DNA of 64,000 nt from an uncultured bacterium (GCA_963801165.1 CAWDDT010000009.1:480001-544000), one strand, 5' to 3'; shown: positions 17,901 to 27,054, counted from the first letter of the stretch. Translations and numbers: made by a program. The notes: generated from the letters alone by a model not told the origin.

Positions 17901-19242
17901 GTCGCTGGCGGATCGCTGGACGATCTCAGCCGACGGTCTCGAGTACGTATTCCACCTTCGCCCGGGACTGTCATGGTCCGACGGCACTCCACTGACCGCA
18001 CACGATGCCGCCTTCGGGATCCTGCGGAATCTCGACCCGGTGAGGCCGGGAATCAGCGTGGCCATGTTGTACGTGATCGCCGGCGCCCGCGATCACGTTC
18101 TCGGGGTCGTCTCGGACCTCGACAGCGTCGGAGTCGAGGTACTTGACGATCTGACGATCAGGTTTCGGCTCGATGCACCGGCACCGTACTTTCTCTCCAT
18201 GCTCAACAGGCCCGACTGCGGTCCGCAGCCTCGCCATGCGATCGAGAAACTGGGTGATGAATGGGCGACGGCCGACAACGAGGTCGTCAGCGGGCCCTTC
18301 CACCGGGTCGACCACGACGCCGATCACGTCACGTTGGAGAGGCGGCCCGGTTACCCGGGAACGCGATTCGGGAACGTTCATCGGGTCGAATGGAGACAAG
18401 GCACGTACGAAGCGGCTATCGCCGACTATGCAGAGGGTCGTCGGGACCTCCTCTGGCTGGGCGCCGGCTGGCATGGAGAGGGGGTCGATCTTATTCCCCC
18501 ATCCGATATCTACCCCGAGCCGCCGGCAGGGCTCACCTATCTCTACTTCGATTTCGAGCACGAGCGGGTAGGCGACCCCGCGGTTCGTCGCGGGCTGGCC
18601 CATGCAATCGATCGCACAGCGTTGGCGGAGGTCTTTCCCGTCAACTCGATGGTCGCTACCGGTGGTGTGGTCCCCCCGCCGCTGGCCGGTCACACGCCCG
18701 ATATCGCTCTGCGCTTCGACCCGGAGCTCGCTCGGGCGCTCGTGAAACCACACGAGTGGATCGATCCGCTCCAGGTGGTCACCACCCCCCTGTTTGCGCC
18801 GCGTGTCGTGGCTGTCGCGGAGATGTGGCGTGCCCATCTCGGTATCGCCGTCGACGTGACGACGCTCGAGGGGACGAGGCTACGCGAATTTCCCAGTAAA
18901 CGGCACGAATACGCCGTGTACCCGGCCTATTGGTATCCGGGCTACACGGACCCGGAGTACTTCCTGCGGCTGCTGCTCACCCACGACGCCATGGACAACG
19001 CGGGCTCGTTCAACCATCCCCCATTCGATGCGCTCGTCGCTCGTGCGATTGCCGAGCGGGACGAGCACACCCGGCTCGAGTTGTTTCACGCCGCTGACAG
19101 GATGGCGGTGGCTGAGGCGGTGGCGCTGATCCCGCTTGCCTATGTCTGGAACACATCTGTCCGCGCCCCGTATCTCCACGGCTGGTGGGAGTTCGGCAAG
19201 TCCTGGGCGAGCTTTGCGGATGTCACAATCGAACGACGTTGA
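14938..19242 (+). CDS. SARP/BTAD regulator fused to degenerate cyclase-like, AAA/STAND ATPase, TPR and family-5 solute-binding domains
   Basis: INVLGPLEV, LWRG, LMTALYRTGRQADSLRAY, LGIDPGP; GEAGVGKT; EDVHWAD; GNPFYVEEL; FKHALTQEAAY; PSLADRWTISADG..Y.FHLR....WSDGTPLTAHD; VRRGLAHAIDR. Confidence 0.9.
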   Translation: MRINVLGPLEVLDPLIAVSRPADRAVMTILAASSGELVSIDRLVDGLWGERAPDSASRTLRTYVHHLRSLMPEGVIATAGAGYRLDLEPGCVDADQFITGLESAGDLVAQDPSEGARLLRAALELWRGSPFADAPNADHLIPLRTRLESLHLQARVDLLGTRLAMGEDQELVPELRALLEEQPLLEDAWALLMTALYRTGRQADSLRAYASARRHLVEELGIDPGPDLRHLEARILAQDPGLLLTPPPMVSSTQTEPGPLLSEPQRRLATFVLAEMTAERTGGEGASEPLDVVRGALERLGGSIVATSASSVIASFGIPVARDDDAYRAIRGAIEARSETALAGRAGDAPADIHLAVLSLPVDVTAGKVSQLTGVTGRLIDLLSAADPGDVVVDGATRRRLDRLFTWEEDSAVAPDGVPVWRVGSTRGTADKVRMSPRLRARFVGRETELTAARTVIDAGNKGLGGLLIVRGEAGVGKTRLVEELRSHASGQMTWLVGHCAAYAEAIPYWPIASLLRDWLDLGVDDTDVKARVALQAKLESTLDSPERVFPYLAGVLGGTQDKSSGTRTNLAPEALQYRTFEALGELVEALARRAPLVAIIEDVHWADPTSLRLIEQLLEYTERTALVIVLTMRPDPDHTSQQLLEVVHRTIPHRVTEIHVDVLLQPAQAEMLDSMVGAGTLPEKTVGQLLQLAEGNPFYVEELVGTLVDAGALVRAGTVWRFDHDLPLTVPESVEKIVQSRIDRLDPHTREVVTSAAVLGRSFGLPLLQGVTEEPEELLTSINQLLRLDLLIEVRRWPQAEYVFKHALTQEAAYRTLSEERRRDLHRRAAVWLEHRHEGNLNEVAGLLANHWLAAGDESKATVALLRAGDVARSEHALDEAIGHYRAALPILERDPDRRETAVLLLKLANAFHSSLRFAEANDAYQQAFELWDYGDVAEATETLRVSGPPFYRPADPVRSYALQDIQLQMALFDRLVERWPDDTLVPSLADRWTISADGLEYVFHLRPGLSWSDGTPLTAHDAAFGILRNLDPVRPGISVAMLYVIAGARDHVLGVVSDLDSVGVEVLDDLTIRFRLDAPAPYFLSMLNRPDCGPQPRHAIEKLGDEWATADNEVVSGPFHRVDHDADHVTLERRPGYPGTRFGNVHRVEWRQGTYEAAIADYAEGRRDLLWLGAGWHGEGVDLIPPSDIYPEPPAGLTYLYFDFEHERVGDPAVRRGLAHAIDRTALAEVFPVNSMVATGGVVPPPLAGHTPDIALRFDPELARALVKPHEWIDPLQVVTTPLFAPRVVAVAEMWRAHLGIAVDVTTLEGTRLREFPSKRHEYAVYPAYWYPGYTDPEYFLRLLLTHDAMDNAGSFNHPPFDALVARAIAERDEHTRLELFHAADRMAVAEAVALIPLAYVWNTSVRAPYLHGWWEFGKSWASFADVTIERR

Positions 19243-19417
19243 CGACGGTGCGTTCGTCGTTGGTCCAGATGCCGGCCACGGGCAGCGAGCAACGGTTCCG
19301 GGCACCGCAAAACCACCGACGGGTCGTCGTGGCTTGCCATGAGGGCCGTCGGTCTGATCTGTCCGAGGCGTCGAATTGTGGAAGGGGTGGTATCAGCGCC
19401 CCTGACGAAACCTCGGC

Positions 19418-20695
19418 TCATGGTGCTCGTGCGTGTTGGGCGGGTCGACCGCTGGTGGTGTAGTGGTGCCCGAGAGGGCTGGTGTGAACGAATTCGCCGC
19501 CCTTGACGAGTTGGTAGCTCCACCCATACGCATGTCGGATCACATGGTGATGGCGACACATGGGTCCGAGGTCACATGTGCATGTGATGTGTCGGTGCGA
19601 CCATGGGATGCGGTGGTCGATGTCACAGTCGACGGCCGGTCTGCGACATCCCGGATGGATGCAGGTGGGATGTAGGGTCTCGGCTCGGCGGCGCTGCGAG
19701 GCGGTGGGTCTGCGTCGGGTTATGCCGCCGTCGATGGGCTGTCCGGTGTCGGGGTCGACGAGGGACCAGCGGTGCTCGACGTGCTCTTGATGATCGGCCA
19801 CCTGGCGGGCGATGTCGGCCAGTATCGGCCCGTACCCTCCCAACTCGGCCGACTCGTCGGATTGACCTGTGAGGGTCTCTGCGGTGAGGTTCATGTCGAG
19901 AATGCCGTAGTCGGCCCGGGTGATCTTCCCGGTCACCCTACGGCGTTTCAGGAGGTCGAGATAGATGTCGGCTCGTAGCTGATCCATGGTGCGGGTGTCG
20001 CCGAGGCGTTTTAGCTTGAGCGCTTCCTTGCTGATCCACTTGCCGATCGCGGCGGCGTCGTGGGGCGGTAGATCCAATCCGAGGATGTTGGCGGTTCCGG
20101 AACCGGTGGGCTCTACCACCAGGCGGCGATCCTGCACAGACTGGTCGTAGCGCGCCTTCGCCGCCTCGGGGTCGAGGTCGATGCACAGCTTCTCCAGCCG
20201 GCGGTGCAACTGGCCCGGGGTCAGCCCTGACGCCTCGGGCAACACGAAGTCAACGATCTGCTGGGCGGTGGTGTCCGCCAGGACCATCGTGTGTTGCACG
20301 ATGATCTTGGCCCGGTAGAGGTCGATCCGTCCGTGGAGGACTGCTTCGAACACCTGCGGGTAGTGCCGGCACAAAACCACCGCAAAGGACGTCTCGGTCT
20401 CGGCGGTACGTCGGGTCATATGGAGGGCGGCGCCGATCTCGGCAGCGGCGCCGTCTTGAACCTCCTGGCTATAGGAGAGCCCGCTCTGGAAGTCGTGCTG
20501 GTAGATGGCGACGATCTTCTCAATGGTCCAGCATCGTCCGGCCTGGTAGTGCGAAATCTGCCGGTCCTGGGCCTGGAGGACCCGGATGAGGTTGTAGCCG
20601 GAGAGGTGTTCCCAATCCACGCCGGCCAACACCGCCGCCAATTGGGGGCCGGGCGGGATGTCTTTCAGGTTGTCCGGTACTTGGGAGTCGAACAT
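19418..20695 (-). CDS. DUF222 + HNH endonuclease (13E12-repeat-like family)
   Basis: RTMDQLRAD, LGGYGPI, RRP, CIHPGCRRPAVDCDIDHRIPW...LGPMCRHHH; -10 TAGTAT 7 nt before the ATG at 20695. Confidence 0.9.
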   Translation of the reverse strand: MFDSQVPDNLKDIPPGPQLAAVLAGVDWEHLSGYNLIRVLQAQDRQISHYQAGRCWTIEKIVAIYQHDFQSGLSYSQEVQDGAAAEIGAALHMTRRTAETETSFAVVLCRHYPQVFEAVLHGRIDLYRAKIIVQHTMVLADTTAQQIVDFVLPEASGLTPGQLHRRLEKLCIDLDPEAAKARYDQSVQDRRLVVEPTGSGTANILGLDLPPHDAAAIGKWISKEALKLKRLGDTRTMDQLRADIYLDLLKRRRVTGKITRADYGILDMNLTAETLTGQSDESAELGGYGPILADIARQVADHQEHVEHRWSLVDPDTGQPIDGGITRRRPTASQRRRAETLHPTCIHPGCRRPAVDCDIDHRIPWSHRHITCTCDLGPMCRHHHVIRHAYGWSYQLVKGGEFVHTSPLGHHYTTSGRPAQHARAP

Positions 20696-20703
20696 ACGTT
20701 CGA
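20688..20703. promoter_or_regulatory. LexA (SOS) box overlapping the DUF222-HNH start codon
   Basis: TCGAAC-ATAC-GTTCGA, perfect match to the actinobacterial SOS box. Confidence 0.85.
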
Positions 20704-20908
20704 TACTACCCGATGTCTGGGACAAGTCAAGGCTATCGATCGTTCTCGCCGGGGATCTCTGATGCCTCAGCTCAACGGGAAGGTCACGGGCGCTGAAAGG
20801 TTGCAGACGTAACCGGCTCCTCGATTTGCCGATATGGGCGACCGAAGTGACGAAGCGCTCACAAGTCGGATCAACTCGCGACGAGGGCCAGCTAGGAGTG
20901 TGGGGCGA

Positions 20909-21750
20909 TCACGTCGGGTCGGGTCCCACCACCATGGGCAGGGCCGGGCCCTTGGTCCACTCCTCGAGGGAGCCGCGGTAGATGGCGACTTCGGCGTAGC
21001 CGGCGCGCACCATGGCGAACGCCGAGGCGGCGGCAGCGATGCCGCCCCCGCAGTAGGTGATGGCCCGCTGGTCGGGCGAGCCGCCCAACCCCGCCTCGAT
21101 CTCCTCGGTCGACTTCAGCGAGAAGCCGTCGCTGCTGATGGCCCCCATGGGCTCGTTGACCGCCGAAGCGATGTGCCCGGGCCGGTCGTACATGGCGAAC
21201 AGCCCTTGGTAGCTCTCCGGGGGAGGACATCGATGATTCGCACGGTGGGTTCCCTAGTGGCAGCGAGGACCTCGTCCATGTCGGCGAGGGCTCCCGGGCG
21301 GGGGGCAGGGGTGAGAGTCGCCGGCGGGTACTCGGTCGCTTGGTCGGTCACCGGGTGGCCCGCTTGACGCCATTCGGCGACCCCGGCGGGCAGCAGTGCC
21401 GCACGGTCGAAGCCGACCGAACGCAGCAGCCACCAGGCCCAGGCGGCCCACATCGACCCGGAGTTGTCGTAGAGCACTACGTGGGTCTCGTCGCCGATCC
21501 CGAGCCGACTGAACGCAGCAGCGAGTTCTCCGACCGGAAGGGGCGTGTAACTGAGTTCGGCCTCCGGATCGGAAAGGTCGTCCTGGAGCTCGAGGAATGC
21601 AGCACCAACGATGTGCTCGAGGTCGTAGGCGGGACGCCCGGACTTCTCTTGGCCGATGGTCATGTCCACGAATCGAGAACAGTCGAAGACGAGGAGGTCG
21701 GGGTCGCTGAGGTGGTCGGCGAGCCAATTAATGGTGACGAGCGATTCCAT
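20909..21750 (-). pseudogene. Two-domain rhodanese/sulfurtransferase (SseA-like), frameshifted
   Basis: N-half LVTINWL..HIVGAAF..VVLYD; C-half GHIASAVN, YCGGGIAA, Y.GSLEEW. Adding one base to the G5 run at 21219-21223 joins the frames. Confidence 0.8.
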
Positions 21751-21846
21751 GACTTACATCGTGACGGTCATTCCCAATCAGCCGACACGCTCGGACACAG
21801 TAAAAAGGGCCCACCCGTAACCGACAATCCCGAGCGGACAGTGCGC

Positions 21847-22182
21847 TCAGGCCTCGAAGGGGACCGGCATCATTTCGTAGATCTCGATGGCGAAGTTCCC
21901 CGAGCCCTCACTCAGGTAGGGATGGCCGTCCGCGAGGTGCTGTGCGGCGGCCAGATCGGGTGCTTCGACGATCGAGTAGCCGGAAAGGGGGACGGGAGCG
22001 GACGTGGTTCCGTTGTCGATCACGGAGACACCCGCACCGAACGGTGTTCCCACATCTGAGAGCGCCGGTCCGACCTTTTCCATCCAGGCCCCCCATTTGG
22101 CCATGACTTCCCGCGCCTGTTCCTCCGTCATGTCGGCGGTGTCAGTCGCCTCTCCCTTGTAGATCATGATGAATCTCGGCAT
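21847..22182 (-). CDS. YCII-related domain protein
   Basis: F.IIY.G...KWGAWM...G.PF...LSGYSIVEA.DLAAA......HP; GAGGAGG RBS. Confidence 0.8.
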   Translation of the reverse strand: MPRFIMIYKGEATDTADMTEEQAREVMAKWGAWMEKVGPALSDVGTPFGAGVSVIDNGTTSAPVPLSGYSIVEAPDLAAAQHLADGHPYLSEGSGNFAIEIYEMMPVPFEA

Positions 22183-22230
22183 CGACCCTCCTCAGGTGCT
22201 TTAGTCGAGACTATATCGCTTGGTCCTCAC

Positions 22231-22252
22231 TATTTCAACAGTGGCTAAAATA
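22231..22252. promoter_or_regulatory. Probable ArsR-type operator/promoter
   Basis: TATTTCA-N8-TAAAATA imperfect inverted repeat containing a TAAAAT -10, just upstream of the ArsR gene. Confidence 0.45.
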
Positions 22253-22261
22253 GCGCTCGAA

Positions 22262-22567
22262 ATGGACGACCTCCAGGTGCTCGCCGAGCCAAGACGGCGC
22301 CAGATCCTCGCCATGGTCTGGGATGAGGAGATGCCTGCCTCGGTGATCGCCGCCAACTTCGATGTCACGTTTGGCGCAGTTTCCCAACACCTCTCTGTCC
22401 TTCGGGATGCTGCGATGGTCAAGGTTCGGCAGGAAGGCAATTACCGCTACTACCGGGCGGATCGAGACCGGCTCGAGCCATATCGGACGATCCTCGAGGC
22501 CATGTGGCGGGAGACGCTTCGGGATCTCGCCTCCACGATCGAGCGGTCGGAGGGCGACGTGTCATGA
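22262..22567 (+). CDS. ArsR/SmtB family regulator
   Basis: LAEPRRRQIL...AVSQHLSVLRDA.MV..RQEGNYRYY. Confidence 0.92.
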   Translation: MDDLQVLAEPRRRQILAMVWDEEMPASVIAANFDVTFGAVSQHLSVLRDAAMVKVRQEGNYRYYRADRDRLEPYRTILEAMWRETLRDLASTIERSEGDVS

Positions 22568-22992
22568 AAGGCATCGTCGTGGAACAGTGGATCGAGGCGC
22601 CACCGGCGACCGTGTACCGATACCTGACGCAGGCCGAGGAATGGAAACGCTGGCAAGGCGTCGACGCTCACCTGGATGCGAGAGAAGGTGGGATCTTCTC
22701 GATGCTCATGGGCAACGGTATGCGGGCACGCGGCGAGTTCGTGCGATTGGTCGAGAACGAATTGGTGGTCTTCACCTGGGGTTGGGTTGACCGTCCCGGA
22801 ATACCTCCGGGTTCGACGACGGTCGAGATCACACTCACGAGCAAGGGCAACGGCACGCTCCTCACGCTCGCCCACCGCTCCCTCCCCGACGAGGAGGCCG
22901 ACCTCCACAGGATGGGATGGAAACACTATCTACCCCGACTCGCGGTCGTCGCTTCCGGTGGCAATCCCGGAACCGACCCCGGGCCCGGTTGA
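22564..22992 (+). CDS. SRPBCC/AHSA1 domain protein
   Basis: IEAPPATVY..LT....W..W, VVFTWGW, STTVEITL, GW.HYL.RL. Confidence 0.88.
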   Translation: MKGIVVEQWIEAPPATVYRYLTQAEEWKRWQGVDAHLDAREGGIFSMLMGNGMRARGEFVRLVENELVVFTWGWVDRPGIPPGSTTVEITLTSKGNGTLLTLAHRSLPDEEADLHRMGWKHYLPRLAVVASGGNPGTDPGPG

Positions 22993-23048
22993 CGACAGGG
23001 TCCGGCACTTCGAGCTGAACGCGGACGATGAGGGCAGCCCTTGTCGCG

Positions 23049-24221
23049 CTACGACCGCTCCAGCAGCCGGAGCAGGGTCTCGCCGGCGACCGCGATCCCC
23101 GTCTCGATGGCGGACTCGTCGACGTCGAAGGAGGCCGAGTGCAGATCGACCGTGCGATCAGGCAGCGCCGCACCGAGGCGGATGAGGGCCCCGGGAATAT
23201 CCTCGAGAAACCAGGCGAAGTCCTCGGCGCCGAGGCTCTGATGGGTTTCGACCACCTTGTTCGATCCCAGCACTGCGCCCGCCGCCGCCTCGATGACGGA
23301 GACGATCTCCGGGTCGTTCATTACGGGCGGGCAACCCTGGTGGTAGGTCGTCTCGACCGACGCACCGAGCGGTGCCGCCATCTCGGCGACCACCGACTCG
23401 ATTCGCTTTGGCATGTCACGCCACAGCTGGGGATCGAACAGCCGGACGGTTCCCTCGATGTCGACGTGGGTGGGGATGACATTGGCCGCCGACCCGCCCG
23501 CGATTTTGCCAAAGACAACGAGGACGGTCTCGCGGGGGTCGATGCTATGCCGGATCACCTGCGGCAGATCCGTGATGATCCTGGCGGCGACATAGAGCAG
23601 GTTGACGGTCTGGTGCGGGCGCGACGTGTGCCCGCCGGGACCGGAGAGACGGATGACCACCCGGTCTCCTGCACCGGTGATCCCACCTGCCCGGACGCCG
23701 ACCTTGCCGGGGCCCAGGGACGGATCTACGTGAAATGCGACGATTGCAGAGAGACCTTCATGTACCCCTTCCGCCCGCAGCGTCTGCGCCCCGCCGGGCA
23801 TGGTCTCCTCCGCCGGCTGGAAGATGAACCGGACACGTCCCGGCAGGTCACCGAGTTGACTCAGTGTCCATGCGGTGCCGAGCGCTACCGCGGTGTGAAC
23901 GTCGTGTCCGCAGGCGTGCATGACGCCGGGGTGGAGCGACACGTAAGGAGGGCTCGCTTCTTCGGTGATGGGGAGGGCATCGATGTCGGCCCGGAAGCCG
24001 ACGGTAGTCTCGCCGCTGCCAACCTCGGCAGTGAGGCCAGTTCCCTCCGGGCGGATCTGGGTGGTGACTCCCATGTCGTGCAACGCCTGTGCCACCTTGC
24101 GGGTGGTGCGATGCTCGGCCCAGCCGACCTCCGGGTTCTGGTGCAGATCGCGCCGCATCTCGATCATGCGCGGTGCGATCTCTGCGGCGAGACGCGTCAA
24201 CTCGGCAATTCGATCGGGCAT
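23049..24221 (-). CDS. M20D amidohydrolase
   Basis: RRDLHQNPE, FRADIDALP, MHACGHDVH, FQPAEE, GAEDFA, LHS. Confidence 0.93.
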   Translation of the reverse strand: MPDRIAELTRLAAEIAPRMIEMRRDLHQNPEVGWAEHRTTRKVAQALHDMGVTTQIRPEGTGLTAEVGSGETTVGFRADIDALPITEEASPPYVSLHPGVMHACGHDVHTAVALGTAWTLSQLGDLPGRVRFIFQPAEETMPGGAQTLRAEGVHEGLSAIVAFHVDPSLGPGKVGVRAGGITGAGDRVVIRLSGPGGHTSRPHQTVNLLYVAARIITDLPQVIRHSIDPRETVLVVFGKIAGGSAANVIPTHVDIEGTVRLFDPQLWRDMPKRIESVVAEMAAPLGASVETTYHQGCPPVMNDPEIVSVIEAAAGAVLGSNKVVETHQSLGAEDFAWFLEDIPGALIRLGAALPDRTVDLHSASFDVDESAIETGIAVAGETLLRLLERS

Positions 24222-24310
24222 GTCGGGAGTGTAGTGGGTGGCAGGCATCCTGCCGCGGTCGTCGCCTCTGGACTAACTTGGGGCAGCGTTCGCAGGGAGA
24301 TGGAGATCGG

Positions 24311-25441
24311 ATGGACCGACCAGCATTCACGCTCGGCATCGAAGAGGAATACCTGATTGTCGACATCGAGACTCGCGAGCTGGTCCAGGATCTGCCCGAC
24401 GGGTTGCTGGCGTCATGTCAAGAGATCCTCGAAGGGCAGGTCAGCCCCGAGTTCCTCAGGTCTCAAATCGAGATTGGAACCAAGATCTGCACCACCGTGC
24501 ACGAGGCCCGCGACGAGTTGAAGCGGCTGCGCCGGGCGGTCGCCGACGTGTGTCTCGAATACGGTTTGGCGCCGATTGCGTCGTCGACCCATCCTTCGGC
24601 CGATTGGTACGAACAGCGTCATACCGACGCACCGCGCTACAACATCCTGGCCAACGCTCTCGGCGGTGTGATCCGCCGGCTGTTGATCTGCGGGATGCAT
24701 GTCCACGTTGGCATCGAGGACCCCGACGTTCGTATCGACCTGATGAACCAGGTCCTCTACTTCGTGCCGCACATGCTGGCCCTGTCGACGTCGTCGCCGT
24801 TCTGGAACGGCAAGGACACAGGGTTGAAGAGCTACCGGACCTCGGTGTTCCGGGCGGTCCCCCGCACCGGCATGCCCGACGAGTTCGCCACCTGGGCGGA
24901 GTACCAGCGGCACGTAAACGTGCTGGTGAGGGCCGGGGTCATCGAAGATGCCACCAAGCTGTGGTGGGATCTGCGGCCGAGTGCCCGCTATCCCACGCTC
25001 GAGCTGCGTAGCAGCGATATCTGCACAAACTTCGAGGACTCTCTCGCCATCGTTGCGATGTTTGTTTCCCTGCTGTCGATGCTGTGGCGGCGCCGGGTGC
25101 AGAACCAGCGCTGGCGCATCTACAGCAGGATGCTCATCGAGGAGAACGTGTGGCGTGCCCAGCGCTACGGCATCTCGGAGTCGTTGATCGATTTCGGTCG
25201 AGGTGTGCTGGTTCCTTACCCTCGTCTCCTCGAGGAGATATTTGCTCTCGTCGATAAGGACGCCGAAATGCTCGACTGTATCGATGAGCTGCACCACGCC
25301 ACCACCATTGTCGAGCGGGGTACATCCGCCGACACCCAGCTCGACATCTACCGTGCCGCCAAGACCGGCGGCGCCGACGAGACCGAGGCCCTAGAGCAGG
25401 TCGTGGACTGGCTCATCGAAGAAACCGTCAGCGGCACATAG
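24311..25441 (+). CDS. Carboxylate-amine ligase (YbdK/GCS2)
   Basis: TLGIEEEY, CGMHVHVG, ALSTSSPFW, WWDLRP, PTLELR. Confidence 0.93.
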   Translation: MDRPAFTLGIEEEYLIVDIETRELVQDLPDGLLASCQEILEGQVSPEFLRSQIEIGTKICTTVHEARDELKRLRRAVADVCLEYGLAPIASSTHPSADWYEQRHTDAPRYNILANALGGVIRRLLICGMHVHVGIEDPDVRIDLMNQVLYFVPHMLALSTSSPFWNGKDTGLKSYRTSVFRAVPRTGMPDEFATWAEYQRHVNVLVRAGVIEDATKLWWDLRPSARYPTLELRSSDICTNFEDSLAIVAMFVSLLSMLWRRRVQNQRWRIYSRMLIEENVWRAQRYGISESLIDFGRGVLVPYPRLLEEIFALVDKDAEMLDCIDELHHATTIVERGTSADTQLDIYRAAKTGGADETEALEQVVDWLIEETVSGT

Positions 25442-25450
25442 CCGACAATT

Positions 25451-26164
25451 ATGGCAAAGAGACCCCCTTCGCCGGGTTCGACAACCCCGCAGATCGTGAT
25501 CTCGCTCCCGTTCACGGGGAGGTGGTTGGCTCGGAACAGTCCGGCCAGACGGGTGCCAAGCCACGGAGCCGACGTGTTGGGTGAGCGCTATGCCATCGAC
25601 TTCATCGGCGTGAACGACCGGCGTCGGACCGCGGACCGACGCGACTGGCGGACCTTCCTCGCCACGGAACCGCCCGAGCGGTACTTCGCCTTCGGCCAAC
25701 CGATCCTGGCCCCGGTCGATGGCGTGGTCGTCGATGTGCACGACGGCGAGATCGATCACGAGGGGCGGCGGTCCCAGCTGGCCCTCGTCCCCTATGCACT
25801 GGGCCAGGTTGGGCGGCTGCGGCGGGGGGTGGGTTCGGTTGCCGGCAACTACATGGTCATCGAGCTGAGCGACGGTGGCGCCTTTGTTGCTCTCGCACAC
25901 CTGCGGGCAGGCTCCATCCAAGTGACCGCCGGGGAGCGGGTGACGACCGGCCGGCAGGTCGCTGAGTGTGGCAACTCCGGCAACTCCACCCAGCCTCACG
26001 TACACGTGCAAGTGATGGACAGCCGGGACCTCTCCGTCGCACAGGGCCTCCCGCTCGCCTTCCGGCAGTTTCGCGAATGGCCGCGCGGTGCGCACGATTT
26101 CCTGGTCAGGGAGTCCGGCATTCCGAACGAGGGGGCGGTCGTCGAGCCGCTACTCGCGCGTTAG
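25451..26164 (+). CDS. M23-family metallopeptidase
   Basis: YAIDF, APVDG, GNY, AHL, CGNSGNSTQPHVHVQ. Confidence 0.88.
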   Translation: MAKRPPSPGSTTPQIVISLPFTGRWLARNSPARRVPSHGADVLGERYAIDFIGVNDRRRTADRRDWRTFLATEPPERYFAFGQPILAPVDGVVVDVHDGEIDHEGRRSQLALVPYALGQVGRLRRGVGSVAGNYMVIELSDGGAFVALAHLRAGSIQVTAGERVTTGRQVAECGNSGNSTQPHVHVQVMDSRDLSVAQGLPLAFRQFREWPRGAHDFLVRESGIPNEGAVVEPLLAR

Positions 26165-26393
26165 GCGGTACTCGACCCGGAACACGGGGTAGTAGTCGGC
26201 GATCGTCTCGATCTCCTGCTGCGAGGCATCGAGGTCGAGCCCGAAGTAGAAACGTGTAGGCGCGAACCATGGCCTCGTCGGTGGCCTCGCGAGCAAGATC
26301 GGGGTTGCGGATGACGACGGCGAGCGTGCGGTATACCTCGGGCCAGGCCGAGGAGTAGAAGTCCTCGAAATCGATCCAACGGAGCGATTCCAT
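26150..26393 (-). pseudogene. Chimeric scar: ECF sigma region-2 fragment joined to the C-terminus of another gene
   Basis: MESLRWIDFEDFY...VYRTLAVVIRNPDLAREATDEAMVRAY ends abruptly; another frame then gives RFYFGLDLDASQQEIETIADYYPVFRVEYRLTRE*. Confidence 0.6.
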
Positions 26394-26563
26394 TTCGTTG
26401 GTTCGGCTCATCAGCCCGCTTCCAGCCATCTCACGAGACAGACACTCGAGACAGCACAATCCTTCCATAAATTCTGAAATGCCTGTAGTCCGAACCGTGG
26501 TGCCTGCGTCGAAGCTCGGCCTTCTCGATGGGGCCCCGGCTGTCTTCGGGGTACCATCCCTGC

Positions 26564-27040
26564 ATGACATTGCCAGATGCAACGGTGCGGTTCCTGCGCG
26601 CCACCGCCGATCTGGGGGTCGCGATCGAGCCCAGGGAGTTCCCCGAAGGGACCAAGACGGCACGGGATGCCGCCGCGGCGATTGGGTGTGAGGTCGCCCA
26701 GATCGTCAAGTCGCTCGTCTTTGTCGCCGACGGCGAGTCGGTCCTGGCATTTGTACCGGGAGACCTGCGTCTCGACGTGGCGAAACTGGCAAACGTAGCC
26801 GGGGCAGCATCGGTGCGGAGGGCGTCTCTCGATGAGGTGCGTGCGGCGACGGGCTATGCGGCCGGGGGCACACCGCCGTTCGGCCATGGCGCATTGCTGC
26901 CGACCTACGCCGACCTCGGCCTCAGGCGCCACCGCCAGTTGTGGGCGGCGGCCGGAACACCAACTACCGTGTTTGCCATAGCCCTCGACGATTTCGAGCG
27001 GGCCGCGGCACCGACGTGGGCCGACCTGGCAGAGTCATAG
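26564..27040 (+). CDS. YbaK/EbsC aminoacyl-tRNA deacylase family
   Basis: T.TARDAAAAIGCEVAQIVKSLVF, TGYAAGGTPPFGH, WAAAGTP. Confidence 0.92.
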   Translation: MTLPDATVRFLRATADLGVAIEPREFPEGTKTARDAAAAIGCEVAQIVKSLVFVADGESVLAFVPGDLRLDVAKLANVAGAASVRRASLDEVRAATGYAAGGTPPFGHGALLPTYADLGLRRHRQLWAAAGTPTTVFAIALDDFERAAAPTWADLAES

Positions 27041-27054
27041 GCAAGGGGACACAA

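Noticed and set aside
23028-24356. Long antisense or alternate-frame ORFs (also 955-1866, 42520-43524, 55241-56890, 58627-59913)
   Set aside because: These are shadow ORFs expected in high-GC DNA; they have no motifs and overlap well-supported genes.
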